From Bispira polyomma (taxonomy: Eukaryota), in assembly GCA_965649765.1 (NCBI GenBank), contig OZ287754.1, positions 30,504,001 through 30,568,000 on the forward strand: a DNA stretch of 64,000 bases, read 5' to 3'. The number at the start of each line of letters is the position of its first letter. Position 1 is the first letter of the stretch. The notes beneath the pieces are model-generated. The model was not told the DNA's origin, made no database searches, and was given only the letters and a program-made list of their open reading frames with translations. A program made the translations under genes and the position numbers. Below are positions 23,701 through 36,246 of the stretch, piece by piece.

Positions 23701-24419
23701 TCACACCTTAAACCTAACGTCAAAGGTCCAATCTATCAAGGGCATTCAGGTTTTTTTAACCTGATTTCATATACAAATTATTTAACGTCTCCAAATGCAA
23801 TAGTTTTAACATTTTAAGAAACTGAATATGTTTTAAATAGATTAATATAATTCATAACTCCAAAACTAAAATTCTGACTAGAATGCCATGAAAATACCAC
23901 AGCTGTTAATATATATATATGATAAAGAATATTTATGTAAAAATTTTAAACTGACTCCTTCGGTGGTTTAGAGAAGAACATTTCTGAAGAGAGTCCTGTC
24001 CGTACATGGAATATAGGAAAATGTCAAAAGAAAATTCAGACCAAGGTGGGTTGATATCCAGATGCCATAAAAAGTTTTGGTGCCATGACCATAAGATACC
24101 TATGAAAAACAGAAAACCTATAGCATCTGTAGCTTCAGAGAAAAAGATGTTGAGAGGTTTGGGTCAGCTGATATAAAATTGTTGATTAACAAGTGTAAAA
24201 ACTAAAGTGTGTTAGAAACTAAACCTTTCTTCTTATGCTGTAAAAACAAGCCCACTAATTAAAATGTGCATACTTAGTAACTTGTGTGTGTTTCAATGAA
24301 ATGATAATGTCATAGGCTTGACAGATTTTTAGGTCAGAGACCTTATAATGTGAAGGTTATCTGGGGCCGCCATGTTCTATGACCGGTCTAAGATGAACCA
24401 TGTAGGAAGTGTAGATTTC

Positions 24420-24595
24420 ATGAAAAAGCTCAAAACCTACCTATTTAGCAAGGCTTTTTCACCTTAGCTTCTAAGCTTTTCCGGCATCTCCATGTGCGTC
24501 CATTGGCTATATAAAATTGTCATAAAGATTTTCTGTCTCATACACCTTAGAATCTGCTAGCACAGAGATAAGCGCTATAAAAGTTAGATTAGATA
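24420..24595 (+). mobile_element. Short 3' end of the L2/CR1-group LINE family
   Basis: KKLKTYLFSKAF then CCTTAGA...GATAAGCGCTATAAAAGTTAGATTAGA. Confidence 0.75.
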
Positions 24596-24633
24596 ATATT
24601 TATGAAAATGTATATCTTGTTTTATCGTGACTA

Positions 24634-24903
24634 ATGTTATATTGTCTCATATTTATGGTTAATATATTTATCTTATGAATTATTTAATGTAGAAATACAA
24701 TGTTTTATGCTGAAAATGCTGACAACTTTTTTATTTCTGGGATTCTGGTGTCTGTTAACGTGTCATGTCATGTTATATTGTCTCATATTTATGGTTAATA
24801 TATTTATCTTATGAATTATTTAATGTAGAAATACAATGTTTTATGCTGAAAATGCTGACAACTTTTTTATTTCTGGGATTCTGGTGTCTGTTAACGTGTC
24901 ATG
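24634..24903. repeat. Tandem duplication of about 135 bp
   Basis: ATGTTATATTGTCTCATATTT...GTTAACGTGTCATG twice, essentially identical. Confidence 0.9.
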
Positions 24904-26537
24904 GCTGACCTAATTAGAAAGTAGGTCAAATTGCTAAATGAAATGGTTACTATAAAAGCCCGGAATGTCACTAGAAACCGGAATGGACCCGCAAAAGTGT
25001 TAGTGTATAATACACTACATAAGGCGGCCTTCACCTCCCACCAACCTGCCTTTTTAAAGGTTATTCTTGTATACCCTTTTGTTTTCATAAAATTGACAAA
25101 TAGCTAAAGGTAATTTTACTAAATTATAGATTTTAATTATATTAAGCAATATGGCATTTGTTGAAATAAAAAGTGGACAACTTAAGAGAATTACTATTTT
25201 TTAAACATATACCAAATATGGTAAAACAAAAAGTTGTAAAATGAAATGCTGTCTCAAAATTAGTTTGGCTAATTTTAGTCTCTTTATGGTACCACTTCGA
25301 GAGGTATATATATAGTAACAAAGGGGTCATTGTATCCGGATTGTTTTTTCAACCTCCCGTCTTTTATGTCTTTTGAACGATCTATGTACAGAGATAGCAA
25401 GTTGTAACACTGGGCCCAATTCTTGTAAATCATATATCATAAAGAAGTTATTTATGTCAGTTCATTTAAAGTACAGATAAACAAAACACTGTATTTAAGT
25501 TTGTTATAAAAGAACTGTAAACTTTGTTTAATATTCTATTTTACTGGGCTATAACCCCTTTAAGGCATAAGTAGGTTTTGTTTGACTTGAAATCACTGAC
25601 CTATTGCCTTTGGGTGTGCGGCATCTGCTTTAGGGACAATAAACTGTATCATTTATTAAAAAGCAAGCACTCAGACCACTCATGATCTATCCAGATATTG
25701 GAGATATAAATAACATGATCACGGTCCTGCCTTTCTATCCCAGAAATCTTGTATTCAATACAGTTTTTAGTTTAAGTATAACGTCGCTTTCAACGTTTTG
25801 TGTCAAATCAGAACAGGGTAGTTTGGCAGGGTTTACTGCTCAGCAGACAACCAGCCTTAAGCAAGTCTACTGCCAACTTTCTGACAAACACGCCCCGGAC
25901 AGAGATTTAAACCCATGATGGTAGAGGCGGGAGGCGAGTGTATTACCAGAGTGTATTACGGAGATATTGTCATTATACTGAGATAATTTTGTTGTGGGAA
26001 CAGATATGATGTCGTTATAAGGAGATGATCAATATATCCACATCCAAATCTGTTGTTAATCTGAATAGTTACATTGGATCCCCTAACTAGACAGGTCAAT
26101 CTACCTTTTTATACAATATTTTTTTTAACGATCAATGTTGTTACGCCAAGGTCAAAAGTAGGACTTATATCTGAATATTTTAGTTTTACACTTTAATTTA
26201 CATATTTTGTTTTCAACCAATTCCTTTATTACATGAGTACAAACAAAAGCTAATAGCCACAGTCACAAATGAATACATTTGAATATTTGAAGTATGACCA
26301 TGTATGAACGTCTCCTAACTTTCTTTAGTCTGCCAGTGGAGATATGACCCATTGGTAAAGGACCACCTTGTTAAGCTGTCATTAGAGCCAATATGCATAT
26401 ATCTGCTAGTTGTTACACCTGCAGATCCAAGATTTTGGAAAGGAGGGGTGTGGGTGGGGACGCTATGTCTTGGGATTATTCCCAGATCCTCAGAATTCCC
26501 TAAACAATGATGTTATCCTCTATGCTACCGTGTCAAA

Positions 26538-27403
26538 TAACGTAAACGCATAAAACGATTGCTGGAAACTACGTTATGTCTGTTGGAGCTTCTCAGAAAC
26601 TGCACACTTTTTTTTTTTTGTCCCCTTAAACTCGATTTATGGATAGCATATTTACATTTTCACAAGTAGAAATAATAAAGAATGCCATATATTTTAATTA
26701 TATACTAATTCATATATTTTACGTGTTATTTTCATAAGTATTTTCAGACATACAATGCATATATAGCAGTGTGTAAATGGTTACTAAAATGTGTAATATT
26801 TTCAAAGTACATGCTTCACAAACATGACACAATTCACATACCAAGAAAGAATCAATACTGAAGTATTGGGCATGACTAGAAAAAGCAAAATCTCAGCATT
26901 ATTTTGAATGAATTCGTTTTTTAATAAAAGCATAAAAACGGGGATAATTTTAGAAAAAACATTAAAGTAAGACTCTTCTGAACAGAAATATGTTTGTATT
27001 CTTTGTTTTTTATAAAATAAGGAAACATATTGAAAAATGTAAATCATTAGCAATAATATACATGTTATCTAAAGTTGTTTAGTATATATAATGTCTGCAT
27101 ATGTGTTGAATCAATACTAGTATTGTGTCACAATAAAACGGCTTGTCTTCCAGATTTGTTTACACATATGACGTTCCTACATAGATTTCAAACTGTGTGA
27201 CGTCACAATACCAGAATTGTTATATGGCTCTTTTAATCACTTTTCCACTAAAAAATGAAGTTTTAAATTGTATTTGCATATAAAATTGGTTAATATTGGC
27301 ACTAAACAACCACTTTAAGGCTGATATATGGGGTATATCTACTAAAATTAATATACGTAAAAGAAGCATAATATTTCGGCAGGGCATTTATGTGTTTACG
27401 TTA
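26538..27403. mobile_element. Possible MITE
   Basis: Inverted repeats TAACGTAAACGCATAAA (26538-26554) and TTTATGTGTTTACGTTA (27387-27403), 16/17 match; no TSD established. Confidence 0.45.
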
Positions 27404-27404
27404 C

Positions 27405-27600
27405 TAAAGCCTTAACAATCACTGGCTTCCCACCAATCTAGGTTCGAATCCTGTTTCTTCCTCCATGTGTGAAAGTTTCTCAGCCACTTACCTTATAGGC
27501 AGCTGGTTCACTACTGGTTTCTCCCACCATTAAAATTTACCATCATAACATGGCATAAAATGTTAAAAGCGATGAAGAACCCCAACTAAATTCTAATTCA
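27405..27600 (+). mobile_element. SINE remnant
   Basis: B box GGTTCGAATCC and a body similar to other SINE remnants (32240-32435 plus; 25765-25930 minus). Confidence 0.5.
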
Positions 27601-29857
27601 AACAGCTTGTGCTCTTATTCATGAGGTATAATCCAGACATTAGATTCTCAATTATATCAAGGTCACATTACCCAAAGGTCAAACAGAATATGTTGAAATA
27701 GATCAAGTTACGTCGCTACCCTCCAAGACTAAGCCTGAGATACCATGTGATGATATGTACATATGGATTTACAACACAACCACGTTTAAATTGTTCATTT
27801 CAATGCAAACAGATGATTCAAACGGACATCACTTAAATGTTTCAAAAGTGTACAAACGTATTTGACTTTTCAATGCATAAATAAGATACACCATTTGGGC
27901 AGCTTGGATACAATTCACGTGATACCGTCAGGTTATTATTGTCCAATAAATTGAGCCAAAAGTGTTTGTACTTTAAGTGTATTACATGATTTTCGTTAAA
28001 GCTGTAGGACTGGTCTAAGGAGAGGCTTAAGGCTCAAGAGGTCAGATTTAAAGATTTAAACTGTATCAACACAGAGATGATAAGTACTGTTGACTCACTT
28101 AAACTTGGTTTTTGTACCCATGGTTAAGATTTTTCTGCTATAATTAAGGTTATGTCCAATTATCATCCTGGGCTAAAATCCAATATGTTTCCTCCAGACA
28201 AAATCTTTACATTCAGACACTCAATGTTACGAAATAATTTTCTATGTTGAAAATATGACCAGAGTGTAATCGTGCTTCCAAATGAACAAACATGTTGTGT
28301 CATTTAAATTTTAGTGTTATCTTTACTGTTAATTTCTTATCAGGTGAACCGACAATATATCTTAAAAATAGACAAATTGTTTAAATTGTGATATTTACTA
28401 CAGCCTGTATGTCGTAGCAAAATATCTCATCTGGCATCTTATAGTAAAATTAACCTTTTGATAAGCATAAATTAAAAGTTAATAAATATCATACTTAAAA
28501 CCTTAATACTTAGTCTGGCACAAAATTCAAATATGATAACAGCATATGAGCTCATAGACTCCTGCCGACGTACTGTCAGATGCATATGACTCACCAGTTT
28601 TTACCCAAACTATTGATACTGCTGTATGGTTTCTCTACTTATTTCATCACATTGAGGTATTTGTCTCGTAAAGGCACATTTGATTAACAAGTTATAGATT
28701 CTGTCTTTCTTTTGTAAATGATTGAACACTGGATTCACAGAATTATATTCAAACCATCTAATACAGCTGCATTAGGGTATAAAATGGGTGTCATACAGAT
28801 GTTCATATGATCATTGTCACTATGTCACTATCATCTTACTTGTCCACATTCAGTGCCACGACAATGAAGCAGTCAAAAAGCAAAAAAAAAATCTACAATA
28901 AAAAATGTAAAAGTTTCTAAGAGAGCTAATCACACTTTAGAGGTATACAAAAACTTTCGCAAATATTGCATGACATCCTTTAGAATACCAAAGACAAAGG
29001 TGGTATAATTTTATGATTAATGAAATGCACATAAAAACGTATTTCCTTGTCAGAATAGGTATCACATATTGTTCGGACAATCATTACTCTATTTGCTATC
29101 TGACACTATTCACACAAACTGCTCTTCTTGGCTGATATATTCTGTATTGAAACTTTGTTGTGACAATCATTGCTCTATTTACTATCTGACACTATTCACA
29201 TGAATTGTTTTTCTTAGCTGAAATATGCTGTATTGAACCTAAAAAGTTATGGTAATAAAGGAGTTTCTGATGCCTGCAGTTATTGAAAGGTGTGTTTCTT
29301 TTGTTGTAAAAAAACCCTAAGTAATAAGGAATGCATTATCATTCCTCAAAACCATTATTACTTAAAGTGGTAGATTTTGTTTGTTCTGTGCAGATATAAA
29401 ATACAACAATCAAGCAAGAAACACTTCATAAAGGCTGTAAAAAGTGTACAGAAACTTTGGTTTCATTGATTCCAGTTCTAACTACATGTGAATAAAATTT
29501 GAGTCCTCTGATCAACTTAAACTGCCTTCTCAATTCTTTGATCAATTTGTTTAACTCTTTAGTCACTGAATTATTCACGAGACATGGAATGTTTTATTCT
29601 TAACAAGCAAACAATTTCTCTGAATGTTTAAATATGCAGATAATGGTTATGTCAAAAGTAACAGACGTCTGTTATAAAATCTTTTACAATGTCGTAATAA
29701 ATGGGATAAAGAGACGCGCCAAAAGTGATTGCAAAATTTCACTAAGAAGATAGACACTCAAGTAATAGAAACATTGATTTAACTGACAATGCAATTTTTG
29801 CCATTATTGAGCATCTCCTACGATGGAGGAGTACAGGAAACATGTTTCCCAACAGAC

Positions 29858-29865
29858 TATATAAA
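29858..29865 (+). promoter_or_regulatory. TATA box of gene B
   Basis: TATATAAA ending 76 bp upstream of the signal-peptide ATG at 29942. Confidence 0.65.
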
Positions 29866-29941
29866 CACCCTTCTCAAAAGCACAGCCACTCTACATCTGA
29901 CTGTCGTAGACATACAGACATAGATACAACTAAGCCAGACA

Positions 29942-29981
29942 ATGAAGATTCTCTGTTTGCTGATCTTAGCAGCCAGCTGTG
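29942..29981 (+). CDS. Gene B exon 1, signal peptide
   Basis: MKILCLLILAASC then G|GTAAG. Confidence 0.8.
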
Positions 29982-32900
29982 GTAAGATATGGTTCTTCAA
30001 TGTAAACCTAGGGACTGAATACTGTCTCAGTATTTCTAAGAACAACACAGTGGTCTTGTTCTATTACATACACAGGTACATCCGCCATACACTTGTAACT
30101 GTCATTCTGCTGACAGTAGACAGAAGCTCGAGGATGGGTTTTTTCAATATCACTAAATGAATATTGTCACTGGGCACAGGATCTCATTATTAATCATTGG
30201 TATTCTATGTGGTCATCCAAGCTACTATTCACTTGTTATAGCTGTAATTCTGAAAACCAAGATTGAAGCCAGGTCCTTTGTATTCTTAATAAGTGTGTTT
30301 GCCACTAGTTATTAGGACTTGTGGGTAACATACTTAGTTTGGAACACAAATGTCAACTAAATTGAATTAGATAATCCAACTAAGGGGCTGTTTCCTGTTG
30401 ATTGGTTCTGTCCCGAATGGTTGGCTTGGGAACATAGATGTTTGTTATATACTTAGCCCCCTAACATCCATCCTTACCGGCTTGTAAGTGAGTTAACTGT
30501 TAAATGGAAGGCCATTATCAGCAAATTAATAATAATTGAGTTGGCAATAATCGACAACCAAAAGGTTTAAGCACTGTTTTGGTAATGCAGTTTTAGCATT
30601 ATATAATCAGTTTAGCACTGCTAGTGTTTCATTTTAATTTTTAAAACCTGTCTACTCAGTTTAGCACTGCTAGTGTTTCTTGTGAATTTTTTAAAAACTG
30701 TCTAATCAGTTTAGCATTGTTAGTGTTTCTTGTAAATTTTGTAAATATTGTCTTATCATTTTAGCACTGTTAGTGTTTCTTGTGAATTTTGTAAACATTA
30801 TTAAATCAGTTTAGTGTTGTTAGTGTTTTTTGTGAATTTTGTAAACATTACCTGATCAATTTAGCACTCTTACTGTTTTTTCTGAATTTTGTTAACATTA
30901 TTTAATTAGTTTAGCACTGTTAGTGTTTCGCATGTATTTTGTAGCTTACAAACGACTTTCCTCATCTGCTGTAGTTATTGTTGTTGTCATCCCGTTTTTG
31001 TCTTTATGTTTCAGCCAGCTGCCTGGACCATTCAAAAGATCAAAGGCATCACATGCCCCCAAGACATGACATGTCGGACAATAAGTGTGGCTGTTGCCCA
31101 GAGCCTTGCTGCTGCAAGTGTGTGCAAACACCAACCGATCCTGGAGGTAATGCCTTCAAATATAATACTGATTATAACTTACAATGTCTGTAGTGTTGAA
31201 AAATCATTATAAAATTTTCATGTAACATTTAACAGTCGAAGTCAAAGGGGTGCAGTACTAATTCCACTGTATATTGACAACAATAAAATAGATGGGAAAG
31301 TTTCAGGTACCACAAGTATAAAACAAATAGTTTAAGATCAACATTTAATTGAGATATTGACTGAATAATGAATACTAATACATTATTTAAATATACAAAT
31401 TATATTCTATAAATTTAGAAACAATACTCTAGAATTCTATATTTCTATAAATTACATCTGCCCACAATATCACTAAACTAGTTCCTATTGTAAAAGTCAA
31501 ATCAGACAAAACACACACTGGGTTTGTGGCAGCTTTTTATTAATTGACTCTAATTTCTGTGTGAGTTACCCGATATTCTTAGTCACCTTCTGCAGATTGA
31601 TGAGATTAAGGTTAAGATTTTTAACCTGATTGGTGACATAGGGAAGACAATAGTAGGAACACCAATATACCTGGTTTGGAATTGGTTACATAACAGATTA
31701 TATCTATTACCTAAATTTTGCGTCCGTTAAAATTTAAGATGTTTCTGGATGATCTATATACATCTATATTGACATCAAAAAACAATATGGCTGTTCCTGT
31801 GTGTAGTCTCAGATTTTACCATACTTTTATGACAAGCTTATCAAATCCCTATGAAAGTATGTTTTGTGTCATTTGAAGCAGAGTAACATTCTATTTGTTT
31901 CCCATGTTAACTGTTATCGTTAATAATTTCATAAATATTTTCTGTTATTTCATAAACCATAGTTGAAATGTTTCATATTGCTAACCATATTGCTAAACAG
32001 AGTAGTGTTTACATTGGTCGAACCGGTCAGACTGGGAAAATTACCATAAAACATTTATATCTACACATCTGAATAAATACATTATATCACAAATATTGTG
32101 CTCACTTGAACAAAGAGGTGAAAAAGTTTATATCAATTTAAGTTGCATTAATTAATTTAATAAAAACTGCATGTGTCTGTAATATTACAGGTTGCTTATT
32201 AAATTTCTTTAGTTAAAGAAATATTGACAGTTTAATTACCATAATGGTCTTTCACATCCTAGCTGTATGGGTTCAAATCTTGACCATGACATGTATTTGG
32301 GAAAGTTGGCAGTAGACTTGCAGATGACTTGCTATTCACAAATCTTGACCAACTATCATGTTCTGCTTTCCTACACAAGTAAACTACCTGTTCCAATATT
32401 ATAATCAGTTATTGCAAGTCAAGTTAAACTTAAATAAAGTTACATCATAATGGAGTATTTTGTCCCTAATAAAATTCTGTGGAATAAATCTCACTTACTA
32501 AAATGATTCAAGAAATATTTTCTTAAAAGACGTTTTGCAATAGATATCTTGCTATCAAACTTCAAAAACAATTTGATTACCACCAGTAGATTAAACTCAG
32601 TGAACTATCAGCAATTAAAAAAACAGCATTAGACTAATATAATTCAGTATAATATGAAAAGTAAGAATGGATAGGGAGAAAAACAATGTAGAGTTTTCTT
32701 AAAATATAAACAATGGATACCATGAGAATGACTATGAAATAGTTTTGTTATGAACATCGCCTGCAACTAAGAAACATTTAGTCAACAATTAATTGCCTAA
32801 AGTTGCCGACATGATGTATCATGTTGTTTTGCCACCTTACACAGAATGTCGCACGGTACTTGACTTGATGTGGATTGTTGACTCAAGTGGTTCCATTGGA

Positions 32901-35900
32901 GATGATAATTGGCTCATTGTACAAGATTTTGTTAAAGCAGTTACAGGTTCATTCAGTGCTGTTGGTACGGATCAACTGGTAGGAATATTGCAAATATACC
33001 CCAGTAATGTAATTGTAATTTGTAGTTCAATGATGCAAGTTTTAAAGTTTTTATATAAATTGTGTGTATTTAGTGGCCAAAATGTGCAAAATTAACAGAA
33101 ATTGCTTTGTCACTGTTTGAGGTAGTTTATGTGAATAATTATAGTTCTTAACCTGCAGTTCTATTGCAAATTTCTTTTAATTTGCTGTAGTAGTTTTTGT
33201 GTCATCGCATTGAAAAACAACAAAACCAACCAACAGATGTTGGTGAACAGATAACGTCATGGATGGGGGTAACATTAGCTCAATGTTTTGTCAGTATGAA
33301 ATATAAGTTTCGTTAATTTTGGTGTATTATCTGATTTTCATATTAGGCTGCTCTGGTATGCTTTGGTAATCACACTACAAACTTGCCTCTGAGACATTGG
33401 TGTTTTGAGGACATGGAGACTGCATCAATTATGGCATTTTACACTGCTGTTAAAGGTCTAGTGCTAAAAGATGGACGCACAAATACAGCTGATGGGATAG
33501 AGAAAGCCCTAGAATGCTTGAAATCGCCACAAGATAGGTAATGTTTAGCAAGTATATATAAAGCCTCACTACAGTACCCATAACATAGGGCCTACTTCAT
33601 TGTCATTTATGATATCTCTACACACTGGTTAGCTGACTTTTTTGATAATAAAGGACAACTTATATTGGTCAAGCTACTGCATCCTCAAAAAAAAACAGAA
33701 TCACATTTTTTGCAAATCACAGGTTATGATATTTTTTTAAATATACATAGTTTCAATAAAAAAAATTACTGATTTACTCTTAAATCTAAAAGCCTGTCCT
33801 ATGCACAATAATTTTCCTCATACTTGTGAATATCACTATTTCAGGAGAACGACCATGAGCAACTCTAAATAATGAACACGTTTTCAACAAAATATATGTC
33901 CTCAAAGAAATTTACATGATTCATTCAGCTGCCTGTGACATATATTGCTCAAGTATACACATAGGTGATGTTCCACAACATATTTAAAGAAATTAGTTCA
34001 TGTCAATAACACTATAGAATTTTTTTTTTTTTTTAATTGGATTTTTTACGTCCACTTTAGTACCTGGTTAGGTTATATTGGGATGGGTAGTTGGAAATGC
34101 TGGAGAAAACACTTTATACTGCAATAAAACCAGTGGCCCACAGTAAGATACTACCACTGTACCCACATGGGCAAGGTGGTAATCAATCTCATGCCGCCCA
34201 GAGGTGAGAGACCAGTGATTGTGAAGCACAATGCTTGCTAACCACCAAGGCACCGCGGCCCCGATAACACTATAGAACAGTAGTATACATATAGGTGATG
34301 TTCCACAACATATTTATAGAAATTAGTTCATGTTGATAACACTATAGATCAGTGGTATACATATAGGTGATGTTCCACAACATATTTATAGAAATTAGTT
34401 AATGTCTATAACACTATAGAACAGTGGTATATATATAGGTGATGTTCCACATCATATTAAGAGGAATTAGTTCATGTCGATAACAATATAGAACAGTAGT
34501 AATTTTTTTCAGAGATGAGGCACCCAATGTGTGCATATTAATGACAGATGGCAAAGCAAATGAAGGTGTAGCAAGACTTCCACTTTTGGCTCAAATGCTA
34601 GATGCTGAGTGTGATGGCAAGTAAGCAGACTGTCTTTACAATGTTGGCATATAATGTATGAAAGTTGAAGGCATATTTGAGAACCGTGTTTTTTCTAGAG
34701 TTGCTCGCTTTGATAGCTTAAAAACAACCTGTAAGTTGTCGCCTAAAAATATACTGTAACCCTGGTTAGTTTACCCCTACTTTTTAACATAATGTTAACA
34801 CTGTGGCAACCTTTCCCATCCCTTGACTATAATTTATCCACGATGGTGTTTTGGTGTAACGATTCCTATATAGTCCAGTTCCTATATAGTTCAGACTAAC
34901 AAGGCATGCCACTGACAAGTTACATGACCCTGCCTAAGAACGATATAAGACTATGAACTGAATATAATTATTACTTGAACTGTTTCGTAATTTCTGCTGT
35001 TGACTAAAAGAAGTTGTGGAATATTGACCTGAAAAAGTGTTGTAATACATCACAGCTAAATTGTAAAGTGAAGAACGACACTGGCCAAAAAAGGTGTCAC
35101 AAACTTACTAGTTTCAATGAATTGTTTACACCAACCTAGTTATTGTGGGTTGTTTGTTGGTTTGTTTGTTTTCAGTGTAATAGGTATTGGTGTGACTGAC
35201 AGTGCAAATCAAGCTGAACTTGAGCTGATTGCTAATATAGTATTTATGGTTCCTAACTTTGATAATCTGACAGATTTCCTGGATGATATTTTACAGGTAA
35301 GAAACCACCTAATATAATGATTTAATGCATAGTTGTACTGGGCATTGTAAAAGTATCCATGTTATTATGTAGCGTATATGACAAATATATACACTGAATA
35401 TCATGCAGACAATATATAAATTTGATTTAGTGATAATCAAGTCATGAATTATTATATATATGAAAAAATGTATCTGTATTTATTTTAGGAAATTTGTCCT
35501 GAACCTCAATTTGAAGAAGAATGCTGTGAGTAGAATTTGAATATGTTAAAATTTAGACCTACATATTTTGTAATATTAAAAGTAGCAGACAAAGTGGAAG
35601 GATAATCCTCAAAGCATTACCTGTAACCTTGGCTGGCAGTTTTTTGGAAAACAATCACGGTTTTTCTCTTATTGTCTGGAATGTACAGGAATATATTATA
35701 TTGAATTGTATTTACTATACTTTATAATGTACATATTGTATTGGTCCAGTTAGTTCAGCTGCCTTGTTTGAGACAGACGCCTTGTCCACATCATTAAAAC
35801 CCTAGGTTACCACTAGCACTCCTTGTGCTAAATATTATACAATGTACTCATACTGTTATATATCACGCCTTCAAATGAGAAGTGACCTTAGTTTTGTATA

Positions 35901-36246
35901 TATATTACAACTGTTACTCACTTTGCTGCTAAAAGGTGTATGGGACTCAAATCATTGCTTTTCACCATGTGGTGGTCCAGCTAGTGATAGTTTAGCTAGT
36001 CCAAGGCAGATGTGATACCCACAATGCTAAAAACCCAGGCTTATCACAAACATGCTCATACTGATTATATGGTGTATGGTATTCACCCAGTTGACTTCAA
36101 CCTCTTTTTCAGTTTGTTGCTGTCCTCCTCCCCCAATGATAGACACACACTATTACCCCTACCCAAAGTATGGCTTCCATCACCGACCCTACTACTTTTC
36201 CCAATATTCTGATCCATGTCCTTGTGCATCTTACCCATCATATTAA
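29942..36246 (+). CDS. Gene B: secreted single-VWA-domain protein with Cys-cluster and His/Tyr/Pro-rich termini (8 exons, about 298 aa)
   Basis: Exons 29942-29981, 31015-31146, 32845-32978, 33347-33537, 34513-34620, 35176-35296, 35489-35525, 36113-36246 (897 nt, phases consistent, single terminal TAA). Signal peptide MKILCLLILAASCASC; MIDAS DSSGS, GRTNT, LMTDG, VIGIG. Confidence 0.88.
30585..30935. repeat. Intronic minisatellite, about 49-50 bp unit, about 7 copies
   Basis: Recurring TCAGTTTAGCACTG(C/T)TAGTGTTTCTTGTGAATTTT. Confidence 0.85.
31015..31146 (+). CDS. Gene B exon 2, His/Cys-rich segment
   Basis: ASCLDHSKDQRHHMPPRHDMSDNKCGCCPEPCCCKCVQTPTDPG. Confidence 0.8.
32845..32978 (+). CDS. 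Gene B exon 3, VWA N-terminus with MIDAS
   Basis: ECRTVLDLMWIVDSSGSIGDDNWLIVQDFVKAVTGSFSAVGTDQL. Confidence 0.9.
33347..33537 (+). CDS. Gene B exon 4, VWA
   Basis: AALVCFGN...KDGRTNTADGIEKALECLKSPQD. Confidence 0.88.
33953..34500. repeat. 72-bp tandem repeat, 4 copies, the first interrupted by a SINE
   Basis: ATAGGTGATGTTCCAC at 33961, 34291, 34363 and 34435. Confidence 0.85.
34020..34263 (-). mobile_element. tRNA-derived SINE with poly(A) tail and 14-bp TSD
   Basis: Head GGGGCCGCGGTGCCTTGGTGGTTAGC, poly(A) tail (T run at 34020-34034), TSD ATAACACTATAGAA on both sides. Confidence 0.8.
34513..34620 (+). CDS. Gene B exon 5, VWA
   Basis: RDEAPNVCILMTDGKANEGVARLPLLAQMLDAECDG. Confidence 0.88.
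35176..35296 (+). CDS. Gene B exon 6, VWA C-terminus
   Basis: VIGIGVTDSANQAELELIANIVFMVPNFDNLTDFLDDILQ. Confidence 0.88.
35489..35525 (+). CDS. Gene B exon 7
   Basis: EICPEPQFEEEC; TAG acceptor, GTGAGT donor. Confidence 0.78.
36113..36246 (+). CDS. Gene B exon 8, Cys/Pro/Tyr/His-rich tail
   Basis: FCCCPPPPMIDTHYYPYPKYGFHHRPYYFSQYSDPCPCASYPSY*. Confidence 0.8.

Noticed and set aside
34616-34622. GC-type donor (G|GCAAGT) for gene B exon 5
   Set aside because: Only the GT donor at 34621 gives the phase needed for the VIGIG frame of exon 6.
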